Source: Candidatus Saganbacteria bacterium
GTDB taxonomy: Bacteria > Margulisbacteria > WOR-1 > O2-12-FULL-45-9
NCBI GenBank assembly: GCA_016219705.1
Contig: JACRKQ010000053.1
Span: 6,793 to 70,792 of the forward strand
Length of the DNA: 64,000 nucleotides
Reading direction: 5' to 3'
The translations under genes and the position numbers were made by a program. Under the pieces are notes generated by a model. The model searched no databases and was not told where the DNA came from. It saw only the letters and a list, made by a program, of their open reading frames with translations. Shown piece after piece: positions 42,344 through 52,621 of the stretch. Position 1 is the stretch's first letter, and every line of letters begins with the position of its first letter.

Positions 42344-43593
42344 TTTCCGGAATTTTTAATATCAATGACCTGCGTAAGAAATTTCTTTATACGCTGGGGA
42401 TCATTGTCCTTTTTCGTTTGGGCACCCATATTCCGGTCGCAGGCATTGACCCGATCAAGCTCAATGCTTTATTTGGCCATGGCAACCTTTTAGGTTTTCT
42501 CGATCTATTTACCGGCGGCGCTTTACTGAAATTTTCGATCTTTGCCATGGGGATTGTCCCTTATATCAATGCTTCTATTATTATGCAGTTATTGACTGTT
42601 GTCGTACCGCAATTAGAAGAACTGCAGAAAGAGGGCGACGCCGGGCGCAAACAAATTGCGAAAATTACCCGTTATTTAGCGGTCGTCCTGGCGGCCTTCC
42701 AATCTTTTGGCATGTCCTTCTGGATGAGGGGCGCGATGGTTGACGGCTATAGTTTCCCTCTGTTTATGCTTAGCACGATTATTTCTCTGACTGCCGGGAC
42801 CACGCTGGTTATCTGGTTTTCCGAATTAATTACGGAAAACGGGATTGGCAACGGGGCTTCCTTATTGATCTTTGTTGGAATTGTTTCCCGCATCCCGGCT
42901 TATATTGTTCAAACAATTACTCTGGTGCGGGGCGGTGCCTCTATTTTTGGAGTGCTGATCCTGTTGCTGTCTTTTGTGGCGATGATTGTGGCGATTGTGA
43001 TTGTCCAGGAAGGCCAGCGCCGCATCCAGGTGCAATACGCGAAACGCGTAGTCGGCCGTAAAATTTACGGCGGACAAAATACCTTTATCCCGATCCGCAT
43101 CAACCAGGGAGGAGTTATCCCCATAATTTTCGCCTCGTCGGTTTTGTTATTTCCGGCAACGATGGCCCAATTTATTCCGAATGGAGCGGCCCAGCACTTG
43201 ATTGCCTGGTTGTCTCCTTCCGGTCCGTTCTACACGTTTTTGCTATTCGCCTTGATTTTCTTTTTCACTTATTTTTACACGGCGATCACTTTTAATCCGA
43301 CGGAATTAGCGGAAAATATTAAAAAGTATGGCGGATTTATTACCGGTATCCGGCCGGGAAAACCGACGGCGCAATATCTGGAATATGTTATTTCCCGGTT
43401 GACGCTGGTCGGGGCTTTATTTTTAGCGATTGTTGCGATCGTGCCGACTTTTATTGAGAGCGCCACGCATATCACTTCTTTCCAGGGGTTGGGTTCAACG
43501 GCGTTGTTGATCATGGTCGGCGTGGCGATGGATTTGGTTCGGCAGATTGAGACCCATCTGGTGACGCGTCAGTACGAAGGCTTGCTGGCGTGA
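42331..43593 (+). CDS. secY: preprotein translocase subunit SecY
   Basis: 10-TM protein, conserved position after rplO. Confidence 0.9.
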   Translation: MLNVISGIFNINDLRKKFLYTLGIIVLFRLGTHIPVAGIDPIKLNALFGHGNLLGFLDLFTGGALLKFSIFAMGIVPYINASIIMQLLTVVVPQLEELQKEGDAGRKQIAKITRYLAVVLAAFQSFGMSFWMRGAMVDGYSFPLFMLSTIISLTAGTTLVIWFSELITENGIGNGASLLIFVGIVSRIPAYIVQTITLVRGGASIFGVLILLLSFVAMIVAIVIVQEGQRRIQVQYAKRVVGRKIYGGQNTFIPIRINQGGVIPIIFASSVLLFPATMAQFIPNGAAQHLIAWLSPSGPFYTFLLFALIFFFTYFYTAITFNPTELAENIKKYGGFITGIRPGKPTAQYLEYVISRLTLVGALFLAIVAIVPTFIESATHITSFQGLGSTALLIMVGVAMDLVRQIETHLVTRQYEGLLA

Positions 43594-44249
43594 ACCTGGT
43601 TTTTTTTGGCCCGCCTGGTTCAGGAAAAGGGACCCAGGCTAAATTGTTAAAAAATAAGTTTAACATTCCTCATATCTCGCTGGGAGATATGTTGCGCGAT
43701 GAAGTGCGAGCAGAAAGCGAGATTGGAAAACGCGCCGGCGAGATAATGAATGCGGGAAAATTGGTCCCTGATGAGCTGACGATTGAATTAACGAGAGAAC
43801 GGTTAAAAAAACCGGACTGCCAGCAGGGTTTTATTCTTGATGGTTTTCCGCGTTCTTTGCTTCAAGCGGAGGCTTTAGAGCAGATATTGAATGATCTGCA
43901 GATGAAACTTGATAAAGTAGTGTATTTCCAAGTCGACGAAGATGAAGTGGTGGGGAGATTGTCAGGGAGGCGGAGCTGTAAAAAATGCGGCGCTGTTTAT
44001 CACATTAAATTTAATCAGCCCAGGGTCGCCGGAAGATGTGATAATGATGGAGAGATGCTCTGCCAGCGCCCGGATGATGCAGAAGCGGCGATTAGAACTC
44101 GATTTGAAGTTTATGCGCGACAGACGTTGCCTGTGCTGGAAGGTTACAGACAAGCAAACTTATTGGCAACAGTTGCTGCGCAGGGTGAAATTGATGATGT
44201 ATTTGCGAGGGTGTTAGCGGCCATAAATGATGGCGGACATCAAGCTTAA
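43590..44249 (+). CDS. adk: adenylate kinase
   Basis: GPPGSGKGTQA P-loop, zinc lid CxxC...CxxC. Confidence 0.9.
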   Translation: MNLVFFGPPGSGKGTQAKLLKNKFNIPHISLGDMLRDEVRAESEIGKRAGEIMNAGKLVPDELTIELTRERLKKPDCQQGFILDGFPRSLLQAEALEQILNDLQMKLDKVVYFQVDEDEVVGRLSGRRSCKKCGAVYHIKFNQPRVAGRCDNDGEMLCQRPDDAEAAIRTRFEVYARQTLPVLEGYRQANLLATVAAQGEIDDVFARVLAAINDGGHQA

Positions 44250-44994
44250 GTCCCTGGCGGAGGTTGCCGTAATCAGGCAAGCTTGCCAAATTGTGGCGCG
44301 CGCGCTGGAAGAAATGGCCCGGCAGGTTAAGCCTGGTGTTACAACCGGGGACCTTGATAATTTTGCGGAAAAATTAATTCGGGAAGCTGGAGCGGAGCCG
44401 GTGTTCATCGGTTATCGTGGCTACCGTCACGCGACCTGCATCTCGGTCAATGAAGAAATTGTTCACGGGATTCCTGGATCACGGGTTTTACAAGAAGGCG
44501 ATATCGTTAGCCTGGATGTCGGGTCTCGATATCATGGTTATTGCGGTGATACGGCGGCCACAGTGGCTGTCGGAAAAATTAATGCCAAAGCGGCTAGGCT
44601 GCTGCGGACAACAAAAGAAGCTTTGCGGGCGGCAATAAGACAGGCGCAGCCTGGAAAACATTTGGGTGATATCTCGGCGGCTATCCAGCGCGTGGCGGAG
44701 GCTAAAGGTTATTCGGTGGTTCGCGAGCTTTACGGTCATGGTGTTGGCGTGGAGCTTCATGAAGATCCGCTGGTCCCAAATTTTGGACGAATAGGAGAAG
44801 GCCCGTTATTAAAAGCGGGGATGGTTTTAGCGGTTGAGCCGATGTTAAATGTTGGGACCTGGCGCATTAAAACTTTGAATGATGGTTGGACGGTTGTCAC
44901 AACTGATCGGCAATTGTCCTGTCATTTTGAACATACTATTTTTATAAATGAAAGCGGTCCGGAGATCCTGACAAAAAGGACAACAGATGGTTAA
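44227..44994 (+). CDS. map: type I methionine aminopeptidase
   Basis: Pita-bread fold motifs ([12 protein letters not shown]). Confidence 0.9.
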   Translation: MMADIKLKSLAEVAVIRQACQIVARALEEMARQVKPGVTTGDLDNFAEKLIREAGAEPVFIGYRGYRHATCISVNEEIVHGIPGSRVLQEGDIVSLDVGSRYHGYCGDTAATVAVGKINAKAARLLRTTKEALRAAIRQAQPGKHLGDISAAIQRVAEAKGYSVVRELYGHGVGVELHEDPLVPNFGRIGEGPLLKAGMVLAVEPMLNVGTWRIKTLNDGWTVVTTDRQLSCHFEHTIFINESGPEILTKRTTDG

Positions 44995-45208
44995 AGATAA
45001 GGATGTAATTGAATTAGAAGGGGAGATTGTCGAATCATTGCCTAACGCGATGTTTCGCGTAAAACTGGAGACCGGCCAGCCTGTGCTGGCTCATGTTTCG
45101 GGGAAAATCAGGCGACATTGGATCCGGATCCTGCCGGGGGATAAGGTCAAAGTTGAGCTTTCACCTTATGATCTGACGCGCGGCCGGATTACGTATCGGA
45201 TGAAATAA
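44987..45208 (+). CDS. infA: translation initiation factor IF-1
   Basis: 73 aa S1-like OB fold. Confidence 0.9.
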   Translation: MVKDKDVIELEGEIVESLPNAMFRVKLETGQPVLAHVSGKIRRHWIRILPGDKVKVELSPYDLTRGRITYRMK

Positions 45209-45248
45209 CCCTTCGACGATGATCGGGGTTCGGGACAAGGAGAATTAA

Positions 45249-45362
45249 ATGAAAGTACGTTCGTCAGTTAAAAAAATCTGTGAAAAGTGCAAAGTTGTGC
45301 GCCGGCATGGCCGGGTGTACATCATTTGTGAAATCCCTAAGCATAAACAGAGACAAGGCTAG
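45249..45362 (+). CDS. rpmJ: 50S ribosomal protein L36
   Basis: Unlisted short [40 protein letters not shown] (C-x2-C...C-x4-H zinc ribbon). Confidence 0.85.
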   Translation: MKVRSSVKKICEKCKVVRRHGRVYIICEIPKHKQRQG

Positions 45363-45371
45363 GAGGAAAAA

Positions 45372-45755
45372 ATGGTAAGACTTGTTGGGGTTGATTTACC
45401 GCCTAATAAGCGGGTGGCAGTTGGTTTAACTTACATTTATGGCATTGGTCAGTCCCTTAGCCGGGTTATCCTGGAAAAGACCGGGATTAGTCCGGACCGT
45501 AAAATTAAAGATTTAAACGATAGTGAAGTAGTGGCCCTCCGCGACGAGATAAAAAATTACGCCGTTGAAGGTGATTTACGCAAAGATATTTCCCTGGCGA
45601 TCAAGCGGCTGATGGACATTGGGACATACCGCGGTTCCCGCCATCGTAAAGGTTTGCCGGCCCGCGGCCAGCGGACAAAAACTAACGCCAGGACCAAGCG
45701 CGGTAAGAGGAAGACTGTCGGTCTCGGTAAACGAAAGGAAGAGGAGAAGATTTAA
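45372..45755 (+). CDS. rpsM: 30S ribosomal protein S13
   Basis: [30 protein letters not shown]. Confidence 0.9.
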   Translation: MVRLVGVDLPPNKRVAVGLTYIYGIGQSLSRVILEKTGISPDRKIKDLNDSEVVALRDEIKNYAVEGDLRKDISLAIKRLMDIGTYRGSRHRKGLPARGQRTKTNARTKRGKRKTVGLGKRKEEEKI

Positions 45756-46147
45756 TGAGCGAAGAAAAAACGGTTGTCCATAAAAAAAAGCATAAGCGAG
45801 TATCGGCCTTAGGCGTGGCGCACATCAAAGCGACATTCAATAATACAATTGTTTCGATTACTGATGAAAGCGGCGGGGTAGTGGCCTGGGCTTCAGCCGG
45901 CGGGGTGGGTTTCAAAGGGACCAAAAAAGGGACGCCATTCGCTGCTTCTTCAGCGGCGGAACTGGCGGCCAAAAAAGCTTTGGAAATGGGCGTGCGTGAA
46001 GTTAATGTTGTTGTTAAAGGTCCGGGCTCCGGTCGCGAGACGGCGATCCGTGCGCTGCAGGGGGCGGGGTTGGAGATCAACTCCATTAAAGACGTGACGC
46101 CGATCCCGCATAATGGCTGCCGGCCGCCGAAAAGGAGAAGGGTCTAA
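45755..46147 (+). CDS. rpsK: 30S ribosomal protein S11
   Basis: [16 protein letters not shown]. Confidence 0.9.
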   Translation: MSEEKTVVHKKKHKRVSALGVAHIKATFNNTIVSITDESGGVVAWASAGGVGFKGTKKGTPFAASSAAELAAKKALEMGVREVNVVVKGPGSGRETAIRALQGAGLEINSIKDVTPIPHNGCRPPKRRRV

Positions 46148-46764
46148 TGAGCAGACATATTACGGCGACCTGTAAACTTTGCCGTCGGGAAAAAGTCAAA
46201 CTCTTCCTTAAGGGGGATAAATGCGCGTCAGAAAAATGCCCCTTCAGCCGGCGCTCTTTTCCGCCGGGCCAGCATGGGAAAGCACCGGTTAGAGTATCAG
46301 AATATGGCATCCGTTTACGCGAGAAACAGAAAGCGCGCCGCATTTACGGCTTAACAGAAAAACAATTCGCGAAATATTTTGACATGGCTGCCGCCCGGCG
46401 CGGTGATACGGGGGAACAACTGCTCCAGCTTTTAGAACTGCGCCTGGATAATGTGGTTTACCGTCTTGGTTTCGCGGCTTCCCGGCAGGCGGCGCGCCAG
46501 TTAGTCAAGCACGGCGGTGTTAATATCAATGGCCGTAAAGCTAACATTCCTTCGTTCCAGACTAAAATTAACGATGTAATCCAAATTAAGCCAAAACGGG
46601 TGGCCTTGGTCAAAGCTGTCCAGGAAAAAGCGCCTGATTATACTGTGCCGGTCTGGTTGACGCAGAAAGGTGAGATTGAAGGGCAAGTCGCGGCTGTTCC
46701 TTCCCGGGACCAGATTGATACGGTGGTGGAAGAACAGATGATTGTTGAATACTATTCGCGTTAG
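46147..46764 (+). CDS. rpsD: 30S ribosomal protein S4
   Basis: N-terminal zinc ribbon-like CKLCRREKVKLFLKGDKC, S4 domain. Confidence 0.9.
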   Translation: MSRHITATCKLCRREKVKLFLKGDKCASEKCPFSRRSFPPGQHGKAPVRVSEYGIRLREKQKARRIYGLTEKQFAKYFDMAAARRGDTGEQLLQLLELRLDNVVYRLGFAASRQAARQLVKHGGVNINGRKANIPSFQTKINDVIQIKPKRVALVKAVQEKAPDYTVPVWLTQKGEIEGQVAAVPSRDQIDTVVEEQMIVEYYSR

Positions 46765-46786
46765 TTAAAGGAGGAAAAGAAAGAAG

Positions 46787-47734
46787 ATGATTATAATGAA
46801 AGAGAAACCATGGGTCAGAGTTGCGGAATCAGGCGATACCTTTGGCCAGTTTGTGGTGGAGCCGCTGGAGAGAGGTTTTGGGGCAACTCTGGGCAATGCG
46901 CTGCGGCGGGTATTATTATCCTCCTTGTACGGCGCGGCGGTCACGGCGGTAAAAATTGAAGGAGTTTCACATTCTTTTTCCACCATCCCGGGCGTGGTGG
47001 AAGATGTCTTGCAGATAATACTTAATTTAAAAGAAGTGGTGATCCGTTCCCATTCTGAACAGCCTAAAACCGTGACCATAAAAGCTAAAGGCCGCGGTGA
47101 AGTCAAAGCCGGTGACATTGAGCATGATGCTGAAATTGAAATTGTCAATCCTGAACATGTCATTGCGACACTAGACAGCTCCGGCAAGCTGGAAATGGAG
47201 CTGATTATCGAACGGGGCAAAGGGTATATTCCGGCCGAGCGCAATAAGAAAGCGAACCTGGCAGTTGGTTTTTTACCGATCGATTCCATTTTTACGCCTG
47301 TCCTCAAGGTTAATATCTCGACCGAAGAAGTGCGTGTCGGACAAGAAATTAATTATGATCGTCTGGTTCTCTCCGTTTGGACCAACGGCAGCCTGAAACC
47401 GGAAGAGGCGGTTAAAGAGAGCGCCCGTATTCTGGATAGGCACATTGACCTCTTTATCCATCTGGGTGAACAGGTGGAGGTCCAAGGGACGGACCAGGAG
47501 CGAAAAAGCGAAGTGCCGGAATCAGTCTTGAACATGAATATTGAAGATCTGGAACTCTCGGCCCGTTCCTTGAACTGTCTCAAAAAAGCGCAAATCAAGA
47601 CGGTGGGGGAACTGATTTCCAATTCGGAAGAAGAACTGATGAAAAACAAAAATTTTGGTTCAAAATCGCTTGACGAAGTCCGGGAAAAATTGACGGAATA
47701 TAAATTGGGATTAAAAGGAGATAAAGTAGAGTGA
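46787..47734 (+). CDS. rpoA: DNA-directed RNA polymerase subunit alpha
   Basis: N-terminal dimerisation domain and C-terminal alpha-CTD. Confidence 0.9.
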   Translation: MIIMKEKPWVRVAESGDTFGQFVVEPLERGFGATLGNALRRVLLSSLYGAAVTAVKIEGVSHSFSTIPGVVEDVLQIILNLKEVVIRSHSEQPKTVTIKAKGRGEVKAGDIEHDAEIEIVNPEHVIATLDSSGKLEMELIIERGKGYIPAERNKKANLAVGFLPIDSIFTPVLKVNISTEEVRVGQEINYDRLVLSVWTNGSLKPEEAVKESARILDRHIDLFIHLGEQVEVQGTDQERKSEVPESVLNMNIEDLELSARSLNCLKKAQIKTVGELISNSEEELMKNKNFGSKSLDEVREKLTEYKLGLKGDKVE

Positions 47735-48081
47735 GGCATGCTAAAAGCAATAAACATTTAAGCCGTCCGGCCGACCAGCGTCTGGCCATGCTGCGGGCGA
47801 TTGTCCGGTCATTATTCCTATCAGGTAAAGTTTCCGTGACTGTGGCCCGCGCCAAAGAAGCCAGGCGGTTAGCGGAAAAGATAATTGCTGTTGCCAAGCA
47901 GAACAATTTAACGGCGCGGCGCCAGGTCGAGTCGATTATGGGCGAGCGCGCCATCACAACTTGGATTTTTAAGAACGCGCCAGAGCGTTTTGAAGGCCGG
48001 GCGGGTGGTTGTACGCGGCTGGTGCGAACAGGTTTTCGCCGGGGAGACGCCGCTCCCATGGCAGTGTTAGAATTGTTATAA
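47731..48081 (+). CDS. rplQ: 50S ribosomal protein L17
   Basis: MRHAKSNKHLSRPADQRLAMLR. Confidence 0.9.
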   Translation: MRHAKSNKHLSRPADQRLAMLRAIVRSLFLSGKVSVTVARAKEARRLAEKIIAVAKQNNLTARRQVESIMGERAITTWIFKNAPERFEGRAGGCTRLVRTGFRRGDAAPMAVLELL

Positions 48082-48107
48082 TTGTGAAATGTGAGGAGTT
48101 TTAAGCC

Positions 48108-48545
48108 ATGAAAAAGAATCGGACGATATTTGCCAAACGAGAAACGCTAAATCGCGACTGGTATATTGTTAATGCGGCGGAAAAAGTTTTGGGGCGCCTG
48201 GCCACAAAAGTTGCGACTTATCTGCGGGGCAAGCATAAGCCGTGTTTTACCCCCAATGTCGATTGCGGAGATTTTATCATTATAACCAATGCTGATAAGG
48301 TTCGGTTCACGGGTAAAAAAGAAAAACAAAAAATATATTTTACCCATTCTGGTTATCCTCATGGACAAAAATTATTGAACCTTGAGGTGATGATGGCCGA
48401 AGATCCCGCCCAGGTTATCCGCCTGGCCGTTGCCGGCATGCTGCCGAAAAACCGTTTAGGGAGGCAAATGATTAAGAAGCTTAAAATTTATTGCGGCGCC
48501 AAACACCCGCATACAGAACAAAAAATTAAGGAACTTGAGGTGTAG
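48108..48545 (+). CDS. rplM: 50S ribosomal protein L13
   Basis: Position and size. Confidence 0.85.
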   Translation: MKKNRTIFAKRETLNRDWYIVNAAEKVLGRLATKVATYLRGKHKPCFTPNVDCGDFIIITNADKVRFTGKKEKQKIYFTHSGYPHGQKLLNLEVMMAEDPAQVIRLAVAGMLPKNRLGRQMIKKLKIYCGAKHPHTEQKIKELEV

Positions 48546-49030
48546 TGAAAAATATGACGGAACAAAAAAAGACGACCAAGCCGAAGGCCCATAAAACCGC
48601 TGAAACAGCTGTTCATCGCGCCAGAAAAGTAAAAGACGAGTCAGTAAAATATTATGGGACGGGCCGGCGTAAAGAAGCCGTCGCCCGGGTGTGGCTCAAG
48701 CCGGGGAGCGGTAATTTTCAGATTAATGGCCATAGCTTGAAAGAATATTTTTGCGGCCGGCGTGTTTTAGAATATCAAATTCTTCGGCCGCTTGAAGCAA
48801 CTAATACCAGAACCAGCTATGATGTCCTGGCCGAGACCTACGGCGGCGGGGTCCCGGGACAAGCGGGAGCGATCTGCCTGGGAATTGCCCGCGCCTTACT
48901 TGAAATCAGCCCGGATTTTAGGATAAAATTAAAACGTGAAGGTTTGCTGACGCGGGATCCGCGCACTAAAGAACGGAAAAAATACGGCCTTAAGCGCGCC
49001 AGACGAGCTTTCCAGTATACCAAACGTTAA
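48545..49030 (+). CDS. rpsI: 30S ribosomal protein S9 (with ~30-aa basic N-terminal extension)
   Basis: YYGTGRRKEAVARVWL and C-terminal KRARRAFQYTKR. Confidence 0.85.
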   Translation: MKNMTEQKKTTKPKAHKTAETAVHRARKVKDESVKYYGTGRRKEAVARVWLKPGSGNFQINGHSLKEYFCGRRVLEYQILRPLEATNTRTSYDVLAETYGGGVPGQAGAICLGIARALLEISPDFRIKLKREGLLTRDPRTKERKKYGLKRARRAFQYTKR

Positions 49031-49050
49031 AACGTTGAAAGGGGTGATAT

Positions 49051-49392
49051 ATGTCAAACATTCCTACCGGTCGTCATTACGAAGGTTATCGCGACCAGAA
49101 GAAAATTGAACAAGGTGGGATTGTCCGCTTGTGCGGTTCTTTCCTTCTCGACCACGAAGCAGATATCCTCAATTTGATCAAACACGAAGGCCTGCTCGCC
49201 GCCGAAAAAAACCCACAAAATAAAATCCTCACTTTGGCCAAAATTGACGGCGGAATTGTCGCCGAAACCAGCGACCATCATTTAGCTCTGCGCATTGGGA
49301 AAGCCCTGCTTCACGCCTACAAAGGCGAACACCAATATAAATTTACTAAAGGCGAGAAATTTGTTGAAGTCGATTGGCAGAGGAATGATTAG
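49051..49392 (+). CDS. hypothetical protein (113 aa), no recognisable domain
   Basis: ORF with AGGGG RBS between rpsI and the aminotransferase. Confidence 0.4.
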   Translation: MSNIPTGRHYEGYRDQKKIEQGGIVRLCGSFLLDHEADILNLIKHEGLLAAEKNPQNKILTLAKIDGGIVAETSDHHLALRIGKALLHAYKGEHQYKFTKGEKFVEVDWQRND

Positions 49393-49407
49393 AGAAAGGA
49401 CCTGAAT

Positions 49408-50556
49408 ATGGCAAGAAAAATGATTAAGTACAGTTTGATGATCCCCGGTCCAACCCCCATTCCCACTCGCGTTTTATCAGCCATGAACCATGACATGATC
49501 GGCCATCGCGGGCCTCTGTTTTCGGCCGTGATGAAGGAAGTCATGGAGCTGTTGCGCTGGGCTTACGATACTAAGAATGAAATTTTTATTTATCCCTCTT
49601 CGGGAACAGGCGGGATGGAGGTAGCAGTCGTCAATACGCTTTCTCCCGGAGACAAAGTTATTGTTTTGAATATCGGTAATTTTGGCTCCCGCTTTGTGAA
49701 AATCTGCAAAGCTTACGGTGTTGATGTTAACGACGTGAAATTTGAACGAGGCAAACCAGCCGATCCTGCGGTCTTGGAGGCTGAATTGAAAAAAGGTCCG
49801 GTCAAAGCTGTTCTCTTTCAGCAAAATGAGACCTCAACCGGAGTGCTAAATGATGTCGAAACGTTAGCTAAAACGGTTAGAAAAAATCAGCTTGATGCGT
49901 TGGTTATTGTCGACGCGGTCTCCGGTATGATGGCGGCGCCTTTGAAAACTGATGAGTGGGATCTTGACGTTGTTGTTTCCGGTTCACAGAAGGCTTTTAT
50001 GGTCCCACCTGGAGTTTCAGCTGTTTCCATTTCTGCCCGGGCCTGGAAAGCGCACGCAAGTTCCAAATGTCCAAAACATTATTGGGACTGGGCTTTGATG
50101 AAAGAAGAAGCGCCCAAAGGTCACACGTATACCACGCCGCCGGAATCGCTGATCTTTGGCATGCGGGAAGGTTTGCGGATGTTGAAAGAAGAGGGGAAAG
50201 AGAATGTTTTTGCCCGTCATAAATTCAATCGTGATCTCTGCCGGACCGCGGCGAAAGCTTTGGGTTTAAAACTCTTAGCTGATGATGCCCATGCCTCACC
50301 GGCCGTGACGGCGATTTCTCCGCCTGCAGGCATTGATGGCGAAGAAGTCCGTAAATTAATGCGGGAAGATTTTAACGTTGAAGTAGCGCCCGGCCAGGGA
50401 GAACTGAAAAGTAAAATTTTTAGAATCGGCCACCTTGGATACGTTGATTCTTTGGACATTATTGGCGCTTTTGCGGCTTTAGAAGTTTTGTTCAAGCGTT
50501 TAGGGGCGAAGACTGACTTCGGCGCGGGCGTCAAAGCGGCGATGGAAATGCTTTAG
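49408..50556 (+). CDS. class V aminotransferase (serine-glyoxylate / phosphoserine aminotransferase-like)
   Basis: PLP-lysine motif SGSQKAFMVPPG, fold type I class V pattern; serA nearby. Confidence 0.7.
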   Translation: MARKMIKYSLMIPGPTPIPTRVLSAMNHDMIGHRGPLFSAVMKEVMELLRWAYDTKNEIFIYPSSGTGGMEVAVVNTLSPGDKVIVLNIGNFGSRFVKICKAYGVDVNDVKFERGKPADPAVLEAELKKGPVKAVLFQQNETSTGVLNDVETLAKTVRKNQLDALVIVDAVSGMMAAPLKTDEWDLDVVVSGSQKAFMVPPGVSAVSISARAWKAHASSKCPKHYWDWALMKEEAPKGHTYTTPPESLIFGMREGLRMLKEEGKENVFARHKFNRDLCRTAAKALGLKLLADDAHASPAVTAISPPAGIDGEEVRKLMREDFNVEVAPGQGELKSKIFRIGHLGYVDSLDIIGAFAALEVLFKRLGAKTDFGAGVKAAMEML

Positions 50557-50557
50557 T

Positions 50558-50597
50558 GAATGACTAATTCCTAATGCCTAATGTCTAATGAAGGAAT
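50558..50597. repeat. GAATGAC TAATTCC TAATGCC TAATGTC + TAATGAAGGAAT filling spacer upstream of truA
   Basis: Direct reading. Confidence 0.9.
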
Positions 50598-51364
50598 TGC
50601 TTCACGATGTTATCTTATTTATTCAATACGATGGGACCAACTTTGCCGGTTTTGAATTGCAACCTGGCCAGCGCACCATTCGCGGAGAACTGGAAAAAAC
50701 CCTGGCCAAAGTTTACCAACAAAAAATATCAATTATTTCTGCTGCTCGGACTGATGCTGGGGCGCATGCTTTAGAAAATGTGGTCAGCTTTAAGGCCAAA
50801 AATAGTATTCCGCTTGATAAAATACCTACAGTGTTAAATACTGTTCTCCCACGGACCATCAGAATTATCAAGGCTGAAAAAAACAATGGTCATGTCCGCC
50901 ATGATGCTAAAACAAAAATTTACGAATACTTAATCTTTAATGGGGAAAACCTTCCGCCGCAGTTAAATCATCTGGTCTGGCAGGTCGGGCTCCCGCTTAA
51001 TCTCACGGCGATGAAAAGAGCGGCAAGATATCTAGTTGGCAAACACGATTTTTCTTCGTTTTGCGCGGCCCATTCAGATGATAAGGACTTTGTCAAAAAA
51101 ATACATTCATTTGACATTTGTTCCGCCTTAGGCGGATCATTTGTCATTTGGGGTGGAGTGAAGTATCGTTTGATCAGAATCCGCGTGACCGGCGACGGTT
51201 TTTTGTACAAGATGGTCAGAAACATTGTCGGAACTTTAGTTTGTGTTGGCTTAGGAAAGTTGACTGTGGCTGATGTCAAAGGGATCCTGGAAGCTAAAGA
51301 TCGCCAAAAAGCGGGTAGAACTGCGCCGGCACAGGGGTTGTGCTTGGTGAAGATTCGCTATTAA
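50588..51364 (+). CDS. truA: tRNA pseudouridine(38-40) synthase
   Basis: IQYDGTNFAGFELQ, RTDAGAHAL catalytic Asp motif; start ATG lies inside the heptamer-array terminus. Confidence 0.85.
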   Translation: MKELLHDVILFIQYDGTNFAGFELQPGQRTIRGELEKTLAKVYQQKISIISAARTDAGAHALENVVSFKAKNSIPLDKIPTVLNTVLPRTIRIIKAEKNNGHVRHDAKTKIYEYLIFNGENLPPQLNHLVWQVGLPLNLTAMKRAARYLVGKHDFSSFCAAHSDDKDFVKKIHSFDICSALGGSFVIWGGVKYRLIRIRVTGDGFLYKMVRNIVGTLVCVGLGKLTVADVKGILEAKDRQKAGRTAPAQGLCLVKIRY

Positions 51365-51401
51365 CGCTTATTAATGAAGATGGTATAATTAAAAGAAGAT
51401 C

Positions 51402-52169
51402 ATGCCCCATCTATCAGAATTATTCAAAGAAATCGACCGCAAAAAGGCCTTGATCGACCAGGCCAGGCCGTTGCCTGCCATCATCCTGGATAAACTGACC
51501 GAATACCTCGATATCGAATGGACTTACAATAGCAATGCGATTGAAGGGAACACGATGACCCGCCAGGAGACGATGTTAATCTTAAAAGAAGGCTTAACCA
51601 TCTCTGGAAAAAGCATGCGGGAACATCTGGAGGTTACTAACCACAAAAATGCGATTGATTACCTGGCGGAGCTTTTGACTAAAGTTGAGCCGATTACCCA
51701 AAAAGATGTAAAACGTATTCACTTTTTAGTTTTAGAAGGAATTAATAATGAAAACGCGGGGAAATATCGGAGCGTTGAAGTATATATATCTGGTACAACT
51801 TATTTGCCTCCAAAACCAGCTGAAGTGCCAGAATTAATGCTCGATTTTTCCAAATGGCTTGTGGAGCGACAAGAACTGCAAGATTTACATCCGGTTAAAT
51901 TAGCGGCAGAGGCCCATTATAAGTTTGTGACAATTCATCCTTTTATCGATGGCAATGGCCGGACAGCGAGGCTTCTAATGAATTTGATTCTGATGAAATA
52001 TGGTTATCCGATCGCGGTTTTAGAATGTGAAACAGATAAAAGAAAACGATATTATCAGGCGATCCGAACAGGGCATACGGGAGATTTGTTTCCATTCGAA
52101 ATTTTAATTGCTGAATATGTAAATTTAACTGCTGATAAATTTGTCGGCTCGATTCCAAAAGGGGGATAA
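51402..52169 (+). CDS. Fic-family protein, class II (N-terminal inhibitory helix SNAIEG) - paralog 1
   Basis: HPFIDGNGRTARLL Fic motif; (S/T)xxxE(G/N) inhibitory motif at residues ~43-48. Confidence 0.8.
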   Translation: MPHLSELFKEIDRKKALIDQARPLPAIILDKLTEYLDIEWTYNSNAIEGNTMTRQETMLILKEGLTISGKSMREHLEVTNHKNAIDYLAELLTKVEPITQKDVKRIHFLVLEGINNENAGKYRSVEVYISGTTYLPPKPAEVPELMLDFSKWLVERQELQDLHPVKLAAEAHYKFVTIHPFIDGNGRTARLLMNLILMKYGYPIAVLECETDKRKRYYQAIRTGHTGDLFPFEILIAEYVNLTADKFVGSIPKGG

Positions 52170-52173
52170 TTGA

Positions 52174-52302
52174 AGCAGTAATCGTTATTTTATTTCCCGC
52201 CGCGGCAAGGTGGAAGCGGTGATTGTCAGCTCTGAAGAATTTGAAAGCTGGGGAGAAATCTTGCCGCCGCAGGGGTTGTGCTGGATGAAAGTGGAGTATT
52301 AA
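52174..52302 (+). pseudogene. start-less chimeric remnant: middle of phd-like antitoxin fused in frame to a truA 3'-end-like segment
   Basis: 52183-52256 is ~90% identical to phd 53950-54025. 52259-52302 resembles truA 51320-51364. Reads RYFISRRGKVEAVIVSSEEFESWGEILPPQGLCWMKVEY* with no start codon. Confidence 0.6.
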
Positions 52303-52303
52303 A

Positions 52304-52621
52304 TTATTTCAATTTAATACCAGTTTTTTTTATTTCATCGACAAATAAATTTTTTTGTGTAAAATCACCGGATGTAAACGGATGAATTTCAATAAGGTTT
52401 GATGTTTTACTTAAATACGGGATCAGCATTTTTGAATCATAAAATCTGATGCCGGTAAATTTAGATGAAACCAACGCCAAATCGATGTCACTTTCAGTTG
52501 TTGGCTGACCTTTGGCGTAGGATCCAAATAAATAAGCTTGCTTGATAGGAATATTTTTATTAAGCTGCCCAATTAAAAATTTCAGTTTTTTAATTATATT
52601 TTTATTTCTTTTAAAAGCCAT
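52304..52621 (-). CDS. minimal nucleotidyltransferase (MNT, antitoxin of HEPN/MNT module)
   Basis: GSYAKGQPTTESDIDLALV = GSxxxG...DxD NTase motif; ~30% GC. Confidence 0.7.
   Translation of the reverse strand: MAFKRNKNIIKKLKFLIGQLNKNIPIKQAYLFGSYAKGQPTTESDIDLALVSSKFTGIRFYDSKMLIPYLSKTSNLIEIHPFTSGDFTQKNLFVDEIKKTGIKLK

Noticed and set aside
45682-48059. Minus-strand ORFs of 134, 180, 134 and 154 aa
   Set aside because: Antisense to rpsK, rpoA and rplQ; shadow ORFs.
51320-52302. Direct repeat of the truA 3' end considered as attL/attR of an integrative element
   Set aside because: No integrase or recombinase anywhere in the island. The accompanying duplication of phd sequence fits tandem segmental duplication better, though an att-like origin is not excluded.
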